DNA of 64,000 nt, taken from positions 69,566,001-69,630,000 of the forward strand of contig NC_087436.1 in the NCBI RefSeq assembly GCF_036321535.1, in the 5' to 3' direction. Numbering within the stretch: the stretch's first letter is position 1; every line of letters begins with the position of its first letter. The notes under the pieces are model-generated. The model saw only the letters and a list, made by a program, of their open reading frames with translations. It was not told where the DNA came from and ran no database searches. A program made the position numbers and the translations under genes. Shown piece after piece: positions 1 through 27,668 of this stretch. Origin of the DNA: Camelus dromedarius. Its lineage: Eukaryota.

Positions 1-924
1 AAAAAAAACTGGTTTGAGGACTCCTGGCATTTTCCACATGACCAAAATATTTTTTGTCACTTGGTTCTTTTTGGTCTCTAGGTCCTGAAATCACAATGCC
101 GATAAAGGGCAAAGTTTTTAAATCTATGAGTTTATCAACCTGCACAATAATGACATTTGACATTGAAATCTCTCATTCAACAAAATGTGAAGATGTAAAT
201 GTTTTATGTTATTATCCTCCATGAACATCCTAAACAAATATTTTCTTTGAATCCCATAGAAAAATCTAGATGAAGATTTGTTCTGTAGTGTGCTTCAAGG
301 AAGAAACCAAGATACAGCCCAGATATCAAGCTGCTACAGAACTACAGGAAGGCAAAAACCACTGGAGGCAATTAGATACTTTTCAGATGAGTTGGAAAAA
401 CATTCCTAGTTTGCGCTCCAGATTTGGGACCAGAAAATGATCCTTAGGTTGTGCCCATTTCTGCCCCTATTTCTCCTCTTGCAAGCAATTGGAGATTTAT
501 GTACTAGAAAAATTGAAAAGTAGGGATTCAGGCAGTAGGATAACCAGCTGTAGCCAACGAAAATATGTCATATAGTGAAAACAAGGGAATTGCGGTCGTG
601 TTACTGAATTTGGGGGAAACTAATATTTAGTTTGTCCCTTTTTTCTTTCCCATTTAGGAATAACAAACTCTGGGACAAAAATTACTCTTTTTCTCTTAAG
701 AAGACTATCTCCACTTTTTACATCCTTTTTTGCAGACAACATATATCTTACCATTCTTACATATTGAAATGCTTTTCTTATATTTTCAATGGCTTTCCTA
801 ATTATACATGTATTACAATTTTTAACCTTTAAAAATTTTAATCACTAGTGGAAACCAAGAAGAACTGTCTGTTAGATATCATCATTTTTGATTGGCAAAC
901 TTATGAACAGATTTTATTTTATTT

Positions 925-1245
925 TTGTTTGTTGCTTTTTTATTTAAGTGTAGTTAATTTACAACGTTATATTAGTTTATGTTGTATAGCAAAGTGATTC
1001 AGTTATATACATTATTTTTTCATGTTCTTTTTCGTTAGAGCTTATTACAATAGGACTATATTGAATATAGTTCCCTATGCTATACAATAGGACCTTTTGT
1101 TTATCTATTTTATATATAGTAGTTTGTATCTGTTGATCGCAAACTCCTAATTTATTCCTCCCCCTACCCTTTTCCCCTTTGGTAACTATAAGTTTGTTTT
1201 CTATGTCTGTGAATCTTTTTATGTTTTATATATAGATTCATCTGT
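925..1245 (-). mobile_element. L1 3' end fragment (artiodactyl-type)
   Basis: T-rich tail followed by typical L1 3'UTR complement (gtagttaatttacaac...ttgaatatagttccctatgctatacaatagg...ggtaactataagtttgttttctatg). Confidence 0.75.
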
Positions 1246-1454
1246 GAATAAAACAAAGTTCCTGCCTTCATGGAGTTTAATAGTATTTGGATTGGAGAGA
1301 GACAAAATAAATATTATCTTTGACTGACTAATCTAAATGGAGTCTGATAGGTTTGTACGTCTTAATGTCACCATTTCTCTCTTTGTAACTGATTAGTATT
1401 CTCTGGAGAGATACACTTACTATCTGCAATATCCAGTTCTATATTGAATTAGTT

Positions 1455-1780
1455 ATATGTTATAATGTAACAAATTACATACACTAAAATATAGTAGCTT
1501 AAAGCAACAAACAATTTTTATCTTACACAGTTATATGGAAATGATGCAGCAAGGTGGTTCTGGCTCATGGTCAATTGTTGGTTGGGGTTCCAATCACTGG
1601 AAGACGAGAGGATGGAGGCTTTAGGACTGGAGAATTTAATTCTGAGACCTTGACTTGTATGGCTATTGATAGGAAGCCTCAGTTCCATTCCAGTTATTGA
1701 CAGACAACCTCATTTCTTTGCCGTGAAGGAACGTCCAGAGAGTTCCTGAGTATACTCATGACATGACAGTTTTATTTCCT
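1455..1780 (-). mobile_element. MLT1-like (ERVL-MaLR) LTR remnant
   Basis: gtaacaaattac...gtagcttaaagcaacaaacaatttttatcttacacag resembles the complement of an MLT1 3' end. Confidence 0.5.
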
Positions 1781-1874
1781 CCTTCACAATCTCTACAGTC
1801 TGTGTGCCATTGATTTGTTTGTTTGTTTATGTATTGTTTATTTAACTAATTGATTGATTAATTAATTAATTAAT

Positions 1875-2990
1875 TTTTGCTTTATTGCAGTGACCAGAAC
1901 TTCTACTACTAGGTTTAATAAGAATGGTGAGAACAGGTATTTTCCCCTCCTTCCTGATTTTAAGATGAAAGGATTCAGTCTTTCACAATTAAGTGTAATG
2001 TTAGCTGTAGACTTTTTATAGGTCCTTGTGTCATGTTGATGTAGTTGTCCTATATTCCCAAACGGCTGAGAAGTTTTATCAGTGAATTTTGTCAAATACT
2101 TTTCCAACATCAATTGATACGATCATATGATAATTCTTCTTTAGCTTATTAATATCACAATCTATATAGATTGGTTTTCAAATGTTGAAACTGCCTTACA
2201 TATATATAAATTACATATTTGTATGTAAAAATAAATAAAATATTTCCATACATATTACATATATAATAAATATATTCCATTCAGTCATAGTATGAGTTTT
2301 TTTTTTTAATATATTACTAGATTCAGTTTGCTAATACTTTTGTTGAGAATTCTTGTGTCTAAGTTCCTGAGGGATATGGGCCTGTGGTTTCTTCTTTGTA
2401 GTATCTTTGTCTGGCTTTAGTATCAGAATGCTACTGGTTTTATAATATGAATTGGAAAGTATTCTTTCTTTTTTTATATCTTAAAAGAGATTGTATAAAA
2501 TTGGTCTTAACTCTTCTTTCAATGTTTGGTAAAATTTTGCACTGAAGCCATCTAGGAATGGCTATTTCCTTTTCAAGAGTATTTTGATTAAAATTTTAAA
2601 TTTAATGTTTAGAGGACTAGTCAGTTTACATATTTCATCTGGTATAATAATTTATAGTTTTTAACTAATTGGTTCATTTTTCTTAAGTTGTCAAATTTAT
2701 GTGCATTAAATTGTCTATAGTGCTTTCTTACTATCCTTTTATTGGCTACACAATTTATGCTAACATCTCCTGTTTTCATTCCTGATATTGGTGAGTCCAT
2801 CCTTTATCTTTTCATCCTTGTCATGCTTGCTAGAGGATTGTCAACTTTATTGATTTTTTTTTTAAAGAAGTAGCCTTTGGTTTTATTAATTTTCTTTATT
2901 GTTTTCTTGTATTCAGTTTCATTTATTTATGATTTAAATTTTTAATCATTTCTTTTCTTCTGCTTCCTATGGGCTTATTTTACTTTGGTG
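1875..2990 (-). mobile_element. Degenerate L1 ORF2 fragment
   Basis: Translation KSTANITLNCERLNPFILKSGRRGKYLFSPFLLNLVVEVLVTAIKQ matches the L1 reverse-transcriptase region. Confidence 0.85.
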
Positions 2991-4459
2991 AACTAATGAA
3001 AAAAAATTATAAAATACTGTTCCAAAATCCAGAAGTAACAGAAATATAGAGAAAATGACTATAATAGGTGTTAACATCGATGTGAAAAAATAAAGCAACA
3101 CCAAGAAAACTGAAAATGCACAGACCTGACAACTCAGTAATTTGATTTGTTTGTAGAAAAACTCTTGGGCATTTTCTTCAGAACACGTGTATGTGAATAC
3201 TAGTAATATTGCTTATGAAGAAAATTTTCTGCTGCACTAACATCTATCAACATTAAAATGGATAAACCAAGAGAGTTCTATACATGTAGTGCAAATAAAT
3301 GTTCTGTAGACTCAAATATCAACATAAGTGAATTTTGGTGACACAACTTTGAGTCAAGATAAAAGCAAGTCACGAAATAACACATTGAGTATGACTGTCT
3401 TTACACATGATCAAAATATGCCAATCTAAGCAATAGACTGTAATGTGCATGTATATTAATCTATAAAGAAAATCCTTTATATGAATCCTATAAAAGAATG
3501 ATAAATACAAAATTCAGTATAGTGGTTAGGTTATCTATGGGAAGGAGATGTAAAGACATGGGATTGGGAAGAAACACTCAGGGACTTCACTGGTGTGGAT
3601 GATCCATTTCTTAGGCTGGTGGTGGTACAGCGATGTTCCTTTGTTCTTATTCTTCATACCACAGGTGCCTAATACATATATGCATGTGTGAATAGATATG
3701 TACTTTCATATTTGAAATATTTAGTGAAATAATTTAATGACACTAATCCAGAAAGGTTACAATAGGGGAAGAGTAAAGTGAAAACCTGGATACTAATACT
3801 ATATAATCCTTGAATGACTTCTAACGTAAAAAACAGGGAAAAGGTAGGAATACCTCAGGAGATTCAATGAAAAGGTTTATTTTGTTTAAAGTTGCAAGAT
3901 ACTACGACATATTTTCTGATGAGATCTGATCATACAGGAAGAGAAAGCAGTAAGGATACAGTAGAGATATCAATTTCTAGAATAGATGACAGTTGAAGAA
4001 TCTAGTGCACAAGTAGAGAGGTTGGCATTACTTGGATCCCAAGGACTGTTCATCCATAGTAAGAGAAAATTCAGATTTTAAGGGAAGAGATACACATTTC
4101 TCGGTGACGGTGGAGAAGCTATTTTCCATTTATTTGTGATTAAAGGAAATAACAAATCCCTACAGCACCCATTCTAAATTCAGTACTTATATTCAAAAAT
4201 GTAATAGTTTAATTTCTGGTACAGATTAACTCTAGATGAAGATTTTACCTTCCAACATTCATCTCCAGGAGGAGACACGATAAAAGCTATGACACTTGCT
4301 CTTAGCAACATGGTTATTTAGATATTCTGTCTAGACAATCAACAAAAAGGCAACTAAGTTCTGGATAAAATATACCTTTTGGTGCATTCCTAGACTTTTG
4401 AAAAATGGAAGACATTTCTACATTTCTAAAAATAGAAGAAGGAAAAATTATTATCTAGA

Positions 4460-4675
4460 CGATGGGCTGGCAAATGACACCCCTTGGGCCAAATCTACAT
4501 TTCCACTTGCTTTATAAATAAAATTGTATTTTAACAAAGTGACACACTCATGTGTTTGTGTGTTGTCTATGGCTGCTTTTAAGCTACAAATAAAGAGTTG
4601 AATATTTGCAACAGTGATGATATTGTCTGCAAAATTGGAAATATTTACTATCTGGCCCTTTGCTGAAAAACAATA
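4460..4675. mobile_element. MER58A-like hAT-Charlie DNA transposon
   Basis: gggctggcaaat...gggccaaatc...aaatatttactatctggccctttgctgaaaaa pattern. Confidence 0.7.
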
Positions 4676-4734
4676 GTTGCAGGAATATTCCAAAGAATTG
4701 ATGTATGCTCAGCATCCATTTTCCCCATTAACCT

Positions 4735-5465
4735 CTTACACCACGGGACATTTGTTACATGTTAATGAACCAGTGTTGATGCATTATTATTAACTAAAGT
4801 CTATACCTTATCAGAATTATATGAGTTTTTACCTAATTCCTTTCCTGTCCCAGGATCCCATCCAGGGTACTACGTCACACATAGGAGTCATGCCTCTCCA
4901 GACTCCTCCTGACTATGATAATTTCTTAGACTTTTCCATTCTCGATGACCTTGACAAAACTGAGGAGTGCTGATCAGGTATTTTTCATACTGTCCTTCTG
5001 TTTAGGTTTATTTGACGTTTTTTCCATGGTTATGCAATGGTTACAGAGTTTTTTGGGAGAAAGGTCAGGGAGATAAAGAGCCATTTCCATTGTACATCAA
5101 AGGTGTTTACTATCAACATTAACTTATCACTGAAGACATTAACTTTGAGTTAACTTTGAGTCGCTGGCTGAGGTCCTGCGTGCCAGGTTTCTCCACTGTA
5201 AAGTTACACTTCCCTCCCCACCCTATTCCTCACTTTTACACTCTTTAGAAGGAAGTCACTCTGTGAATCCCACACTTAAGGGATGGAATGGAGTTATACA
5301 TAATCAGTTGGAATTCTTCTGTATGTGATACTTTTATATTCTCCCCCGCTTATTTATTCAATCATTCATGTCAGTTTATACCATTTATATCAATATTTAT
5401 ATCAGCATGGATTCATGAATGTTTATTTTATATGCTGAGTTATAATCCAGATCTATTTTGTTGTT
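4735..5465 (-). mobile_element. Old L1 (L1MC-like) 3'UTR fragment
   Basis: catttgttac...aatgaaccagtgttgatgcattattattaactaaagtc...caggatcccatccagg...gaaggaagtcact. Confidence 0.7.
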
Positions 5466-6883
5466 GTTGACCAAACTGGATTCTCAGGTATTTTAGTCAT
5501 ATAAAGGAACTCTCTTGTATGGTTCAAATTATGTGCAATTGCAACCATCATAAACAAATGTTTACTGAGTACTTCCTAGTCTTTTCATGGCATCAATCAG
5601 TCAGTCAACAAGCATTATATTTCTTAGTATCTAGCAGTTGGCCTGAAGGCATTTTTCTAGAGATTGAAGCATTGGGAAACCTTAAACACCAAGGTAACCA
5701 GAAATCTTTAGCTTTCCTGGAAGCACAGAATCAAAGCTATAGCAGCGACCCCTGTGTACCCCACCACATGATGCTCCCCAAGGTTCTCACTCTGTCACAC
5801 ACAGACTTTAAACCCAGCTCAGGGAAGATGCCAAGATATCTCAGAGGGCTTGTGGTTTCTATCTGAATTTTAAGCTAGATCTCAGCCCCCTTCCTCCTCC
5901 AAGGAAGTTACAGAAATTTCTGGACAAGTTGTGGAGAAATGGGATTGGTTTAAATGTCAATCAGCCTACTTTGGAATACTTTGGTTCACTAAACATTAAA
6001 GTCAGAGAGATACATGGGTTTACTCTTGTTTAGTTATATGTGGGCAACATCAGCTATGAGTTTTACAAAGTATAACATTTTAAAAAGTATTATACACTAT
6101 AATGTTAAATTAAAAAAATGACAAAATGGGCTTTTAAGGAATAAATAGCAATTATTTCCTTTAGAGATTGAGATTCTAATTACCACCCCAGTCCCAAGAA
6201 AATCTTAATAGTTTATAAGACTCTCCAATTTTTGTATAATTCATAATGATGTTATACTAAAAAAATAGCTTTGATTCTGAAAAATCATAATCATTGAACA
6301 GGGGGCTAAGAATTCCCTAGACTTTTCTCCAAAGAGTAAGAAAACATATGTCAATTTCTCCCTAGATTTGACATTTGAGTTTAGGAATTAAGGATGTCAT
6401 ATTCTACTAAACACTCATAGTGAATTTTTTATCATCTTATGTGTCCTCTGATGTAGAGAAAGGAAGAACTAACTACTACAATAAACATACTATAGAAAAT
6501 AATGATCAGTAGAGTACAGGAAAATAGGAGACAGAAGCCAAAACAGCATTATTTAAATAAAAAGCAGTAATTCTTCTTCTTTTCTTTTGTTTTTATTTTA
6601 TTTTTCTGGTAAATATCACATTCTTTAAGACTTTAGTTTACAGAGGTTACATTCATTACATTGCACATTGGACAGAAGAAATGCTAAAGCATAAATATTT
6701 TAAACTGGCTGAAGACATTCAAGCATAAATAACACTCATTGGGATTACTTATAGACATCTGGAAAACAGTACTGTCATGCCACAAATTTACGTTAAACTA
6801 AGGTAAATTCCAAATTAAGCCATTCTGCAGAAAGTGAAAGAAAATAGGGAGGAAATAATAGGTCTAGTTAAGCCCTATGTATT

Positions 6884-6889
6884 TTTATT
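6884..6889 (-). terminator. Candidate SULT1E1 polyadenylation signal AATAAA
   Basis: First canonical AATAAA I found on the minus strand after the stop codon (~420 nt downstream); another lies at 6592-6597. Confidence 0.4.
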
Positions 6890-7310
6890 TTTTAACTTCT
6901 TTCTGCCAAAGTTTTCAAAGTCCATGTGCACTTATTAATATATATGCATTTATGTATATACGTGTATATGCATAGACTAAGTGGACTAATAAATGGAAAA
7001 ACATAAACCGTAAAATTAAAGACTTTAGAATGCTTGGTTATTTTTAAAGAGACTAACAACTTGGATGATTTGTGTGCTCCTACATAATTCGTATAGGTTA
7101 CAGATTCATGTGATACTTGTCAAAAAGAAAAAAAATTAAAAAGATAACAGCTGGGAAAAAAATCTTGCTTGCATTTTTATATGGAGATCTCAATAGTCAT
7201 GTGAACCTGACCATCCTCCTTCACATGACTCATTCTCTACCAATTTAAAATAAAAGAGGAGGAATGATGAGAAGAAAACTTTAATCTCAGATATGTTAAG
7301 AAAACTCTTT

Positions 7311-21806
<14,496 letters not shown>

Positions 21807-21979
21807 CATAAAATGGCACACTGAAAGAAGAAAGGAAAGTTGTCCACTTCATATGTACTTTATAATGTTTTAGCATTAATAACAGCCCTGTACACTGAGC
21901 TTCTCTGGGGTTTCTGGGATTCCTTAGCTGTTGAGCATGTCGGGTAAAGACATACTGGAGAAGTATGTAACATAGTCTT

Positions 21980-22135
21980 GGGGGAGTGGGTATAGCTCAG
22001 CAGTAAAGTGCATGGTGCATGCCTAGCATGCACAAGGTCTTGGGTTCAATCCCCAGTACTTCATTAACTAACTAAATAAATAAATAGATAAATCTAATTA
22101 CCTCCCTCCCTGACAAAAAAAAAAACAAACACAAA
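21980..22135 (+). mobile_element. tRNA-derived SINE (Vic-1-like)
   Basis: gggtatagctcagcagta...gggttcaatccccagtac; TSD aacatagt(c/g)ttgg. Confidence 0.85.
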
Positions 22136-25100
22136 AACATAGTGTTGGTACTTTAAGAGTTTCTAACCTTATTATTGAGATCATTATAATATACAGAAGA
22201 ATAAGAAGTATAAAGCATAATTAAGTAAAATGTCTTAAAAATATGTACAAAATGTGATACATTTATATTAGCATACTTATGTATAATATTTGTACATAAA
22301 AAATTCCATGATCATTGTAAACAACAGAGCCTTTGATTTCTCTGTCAAAACTGGTGGGGCATATAAAAAGACTAAGAGATTCAGGAAATGCAGCAATATT
22401 TTGGCAAAGAATCACTTCAATTAATTCTGTATACATTAAATAACAATAAAGATTGATAGTGCCATTGGATAGCTATTGCCAGATATCAAAGTCAGAGCTT
22501 CTTTAGTTCCTGGGTATGTTTCATTTAATGATAAAATTCAAGTGCTTGGTGAGTATATTAGAAAGAAGGTGAAATTCATGACAGTGTAATGGATACGTCT
22601 AAGACACAGATTCTTGAGGGTACAGAAGCTTCCTCTGTGACCCCTAGCATTACCTGTTTTTTTCTCTCTCACTTAATCGGTAAAGAAGTAGACACTCCCA
22701 CCAAGTGACCTGTATGAAAATTATAAGGTTGAACAAGGTGATTATCATTGATAATTCATCTCCTGGTCCTATGGCAACTCATTTCATGTTCAGGGTTAGT
22801 CTTAGAATTTTTAATTAAGCAAACTTTCCTTTATTGGTTTTCAACTTCTTTCACTGCCTCCTCCCCCCGGCCCCCAGACTTTCCTCATTCTGAATTTGTG
22901 ATACAACATCTCGACAAATGCTGTCCCTCTTTGATAGCTGCCTTACTGGATCACTCTTGTATCCACCCTTGCCCAGAATGCTGCCTGATGAGTTGTTACA
23001 CACTCGTGCATTTGTGGCTGCTTTGGCTTTTACTGTCTTTTCCAGAAAGTTTGTAGAATAATAGGAGTGTCTTGGGGGCAATAGTTCTTTTAGCCACCAA
23101 ATGAGTTTCCTTTAATGCAAAGAATCCCAAGGCATGAGAAATGCACTATAAAGAAGAAATTAAATTAGTAGATACTCTAACAAATGCATTAACACAAAGG
23201 ATGAAATATTTGATGATAAAGTCTTACACAGATATCTCTTACAAATCAAGTAATTAGACCATTGACTTACACTGAAAACTTCTATAGTGTTTTCTGCACT
23301 ATACTTCAAGCTGCACATTAGAGGTGAAAACTTCCAGATGTTGCAACTCTCCCTCACTCAGTCCCATTGATTCCATCTCCATCACTTTATTCTCTCTTCT
23401 AACTTTATGATCACTGGCCTAGTTTGGAAGTTCAGCTACTATTGACTGAACATGAAAATAGCCCTCCAACTGGACTTCTTGTGAAAAGGCCTATCTCCTC
23501 TTTCTACACCAGAGGAAAGGAAATGGTTGTTATTCAATAGACACTTAGTGCTAGACCTGAAAAGTTTTATTTTAAAATCTCACTTATATGTCATAAGATT
23601 CTATCAAAAAGCGAACATCATTATCAATTAGGTTAAGTTTGTCCTGAAGGAGACTTCTTAAGGATGGACCCATGCTCGTCTTACACAAGGAATGATAAAT
23701 ATGCATACATTCATGCATTCATGTAAGCATGTATGTATAAATATACTCATTTTAAACAAATGATTGTTGAAAAATTTAAGCAATATAGAGAAAATGAAAG
23801 TGCTCAAAGAGAGTATTCCATTCTCAAGAAATGACCATTCCTAATAGTGTTGCATTTATGCTTCCAAATACTTAAATATATGTAAAATCTATATGCTTAT
23901 GTATACAGTTTCATTTGTATTATATTTTATACCAATCTATATGACGTGAATATATTTAGTGTTGATACATAAATTCTATTTTTGTTTTTATAAACGACAC
24001 ATAGCAATCTATACTATGGATATAAGAGAGACAATATACTTCTTTATTGTTGGGAATTCCTGTTTTTCTGTTTTTTCCAGTGTAACTAGTACTGCAACAA
24101 ATGTCATATCTTTTCACACTTACCTTTGCAGTGACAATGAATTTGCCAAAATAAAAGGTATATACGTGTAACATACTGGTTACTGCTTTTAACAAATCAC
24201 TAAAAGAGTTACAGTAAAAGTTTGCACAGTATCTGAAATTGCCTATTTTCTCACTGCATCATCAGTACTGGAAATTATTTGTTATAATCTTTCATAATTG
24301 AATACATATTTTTAAAATCTGTATTTCATAGATATTTTATAATTTTTCATGTTTTCATGTTCCATATGTTTTTGGTTATTTTAATCACTTTGATCAGTTT
24401 TGCCCATCAAGAGGATTTTCTCCTGACTCATGTATAGCTAGTAACTTATTATTGATTTTCAGATTGAAGGTGTCAGGAGTTTTTCCCATCTTATATTGCT
24501 AGTAGTCTTTAACTTTTTTTATGGTTTGCACAGAAGCTTATTGTTCATACAATCTGCAGACAAAAACGTGTATGAGAAGCAACCCTTGCCCTGCCTGTTG
24601 ATTCGTTTATTCACATGAACAGCTTGGTGTTCTGCCAAGTTTGTAAGAATTGCCTTATAGTCAACCGGCAGTAGCTGATTCATTATTAAACAGTTGGCTG
24701 ACTTATGGCTGACTCTTCATGGTCAATTTTAACCCCAGATTTAAACTAGGTGGCAAATAATAAAGTCTTTTTTTGTTTGTTTAACTTCTTTTAGTTAATT
24801 ATCTCATATCCCAATGGATAGATTCACCTCCAGCTGCTTTCTTCTTTCTCAAAGACATATTTCAGTTAACAACTGTCAGTTTCACTTCCTAACTGAGTGT
24901 GTAGGTTATTGTTTTCAGAATGCCAACAAAAATGATTAAACCTGTAATTCATAAATTCAATTAAAGGGAGAAATTTTTTTTCTTCTTTTCTTCCTCCTGG
25001 TTAGTTCTCTCTTCCCCCTTTTTCTTTCTCGCTTTCTCCATCCTCCCCTTCTCCACTCCCCTGTCTGCCTTTCACCCAGCAAGCACTCCCTGTGGGAGTG

Positions 25101-25855
25101 CTTGACTTGCCCCCAGGCGCAGTGTGAAGTGCTGGACACCAGGCGAAGGGCTCACTGAGGCCTCATCTTCTTGCACTGACCTGGATTTGAGCAGACTGGC
25201 TGAAAGTGGAGAAAATCCATTCATACATTGTTCTATCTGGAACCCCAGCACTGTGTCACAAAGCAGATGCTCAAAAACCATCAATAAGTTCAATTACTTG
25301 ATTGTTAGAGCAAATCTCTCTGGATTTTCCAGTTTCCACTGAGGACTCCTAGACAAGATGTGTGCGACTCTGCAGGTGGTCTACCTGCCAGCGACTTACC
25401 AAGGACTTGGAGTTCTGCTCTTATTTGTCTGGTGTCTCTCACTTAAAAGTAACAGTAATATGTGCAGGGCTCTGATAGTAATCCACTGCTTCTAACATAT
25501 TTCACAGACGTAATCAGAAATCAGTCCACACTCTGTTTCTACTCTGCTTGCTTTGTTTTCTTATCAGTAAAATGGAGAGCATGTCCAACGTGCAGAAATT
25601 ACAAAGTATCTAAGATACTGTAGTTTTATGTTAAAACCCTTTAAACAGCAAAGCATGATACAAATGCAAGATATTATTTTTAATGATAAACAAGTGATTT
25701 TAAAAGGCTTTACATACTTCACATTATTAAGTAACTAAAATATTGATTAAAAACTTTATTCTCTCTTTACAGCTTTGTAATATATAATTTACATTCTATA
25801 TTTCCTGTATCTAAAATCTAAATATTCATGTCAGCAATGATAATAAGGATACAAC

Positions 25856-25958
25856 CTGTCCAGGTGATCCTGTGAAAGACGCTGGGTGATCCAATTCAGT
25901 TTCCTTCAGATCCTCACTCAGGTTTCAAGCTGCAAGAAAAAGGATGAGAACTACTGTG
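25856..25958 (-). other. SULT1E1: SULT1E1 non-coding exon 1 (5' end approximate)
   Basis: Minus strand reads agtagttctcatcctttttcttgcagctt...tctttcacaggatcacctggacag|gttgta, which resembles the human SULT1E1 5'UTR as I recall it. The donor GT is at 25855-25854. Confidence 0.75.
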
Positions 25959-26180
25959 CATTTGTAATGTTTCTGGTGAGCTTTTATTCTGAATGCCAGA
26001 GAAGGAGGCGGAGATTACTTCGTGGGGCTTGGCTTTCTGGAGTTCATGGTGCACCAGAGTAACACAAATATGGATTGATACCTGCAGATGCAGCTAGACC
26101 CACCACGTCATGTTTATCAATATAGTGCTGTAGAAATCCTCCTGCTATTTGTCATTCTTGGTTAATGATCAAATTTCTAA
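25959..26180 (-). promoter_or_regulatory. Putative SULT1E1 proximal promoter (non-CpG-island)
   Basis: TATA-like AATAAAA (minus, 25982-25988) lies ~25-30 nt before exon 1. Also TGACGTGG (26103-26110), FOXA-like TGTTTAT (26111), ONECUT-like ATCAATA (26116) and HNF1-like GGTTAATGATCAAA (26160-26173). Confidence 0.55.
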
Positions 26181-26544
26181 GTTTGCCAATAGCCATCAGT
26201 ATGTTGAGGAGAAGGAGGGAGAGGAAGTGAACGCAAAGATAAGGGGAAAAAATGCAAGTAAGATGGAGCGAGACATAAGAGGGCTGGGATGAGCCAGTCT
26301 CTTACTCCTTCATTGATGAGGAGTGTAATGCATAGGGTTGATTTTCAAAAGAATAACTCACTAGGGGAGTAAGAGGAGAGAAGAAAATGACAGAGGAGCA
26401 ACAGGAGGGCAGCAAGGACCCTGGCTCAGGAGTCCTAGCTTAGTTTACAGGAGACCTGTCAAAGACGGCTTTACAATACTTGCTTGTTCCTGACAAGTCA
26501 CTTGGAAAATATCTTCTGTTTAAAATGTTTGCCTTTAACTGTTA

Positions 26545-27199
26545 AATTCCTGAAAAATCAAAGCCAGGTAACAGCTAAGGAAAGAATATAAACATCCCTC
26601 ACCTTTGGATTATTATTATAAAAATCTCACTTCTCTCTGCTCCTAAAGGAGAAATAATAAAATGGCTGCACTTAGGCCAACAAATTCTTGGCTATGTGCT
26701 TACTGCTTGCTTTTAAAATGGTCCACAAACATGACTGACTGGACACTGCTCCCAGCCCCAGGCCCATTGTTAAAGCTAAGGTTGTTGACTTGGCTGTTTT
26801 TACTTTGCTCTGACAACTAAAAATTTTAGTCATGTTTGGCTTTGGAATTATTCTTCAGAAAAACAGTCACCGAATGATAACCTCAGGAGAATGACCAGAC
26901 CCTTCAGAGTTCCCCCATAGCATCAGATGAGTCTGACCAGATAAAGAAGGTCACAGGCTGATAACCTTCCAGGCTACCAGATGGTCCCATGACACCAAAC
27001 TGACTCATCAAGATTTAGGAGAAAGTTCCACCAGAGACTCTTATTGATTGTGACGGGTTCACAGCTTTGAAGGCACTAGCCTTCTGTGAGTCCCCTTTGC
27101 CCGGCAAAGCAATAAAGCTGTCTCTTTTTTTCTATGCTCTAAGACCTTGTCTCTGAGTTATTTGGCTCGTCGGGGACAGGGGCTGATTTTTCGGCAACA
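26545..27199 (+). mobile_element. Solo ERV1-like LTR
   Basis: Ends ...gcaataaagctgtctctttt...ctgatttttcggcaaca (AATAAA plus U5-like end in CA). Probable TG start at 26551, with ttcc on both flanks. Confidence 0.75.
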
Positions 27200-27299
27200 T
27201 TCCCAAGCATGTGCTTAACTGTATAGTGTGGAATTTTCAGGTACAATTAACCATTGGTACCATTGGAATTTAGACAAGAGAATGAGAAAAATGAACACA

Positions 27300-27668
27300 G
27301 AGTGCATTGCGCTAAGTGAAATAAGTCAGACAGAGAAAGACAAATACTGTATGATATCACTTATATGTGGAATCTAAAAATTACAACAAACTAGGGAATA
27401 TAACAAAAAAGCAGACTCACATATCTAGAGAACAAACTAGTGGTTACCAGTGGGGAAAGGGGATGGGGGAGGGGCAAGATAAGGGTAGAGGATTAAGAGG
27501 TACAAACTACTAGGTATAAAATAAGCTACAAGGATATATTTATACAGGGAATATGGCCAATATTTTACAATAACTATAAATGGAATATAATCCTTAAAAT
27601 TATGAGTCACTGTATATCTGTAACTTATATAATATTGTATATCAACTAGACTTTTATTTTAAAAAAAA
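27300..27668 (+). mobile_element. L1 3' end fragment
   Basis: ctaagtgaaataagtcagacagagaaagacaaatactgtatgatatcacttatatgtggaatctaaaaa...A tail. Confidence 0.85.

Noticed and set aside
1..6500. Exons of a neighbouring SULT1D1/SULT1B1 gene
   Set aside because: No sulfotransferase-like coding sequence was seen; the region is mostly L1, MLT and MER relics.
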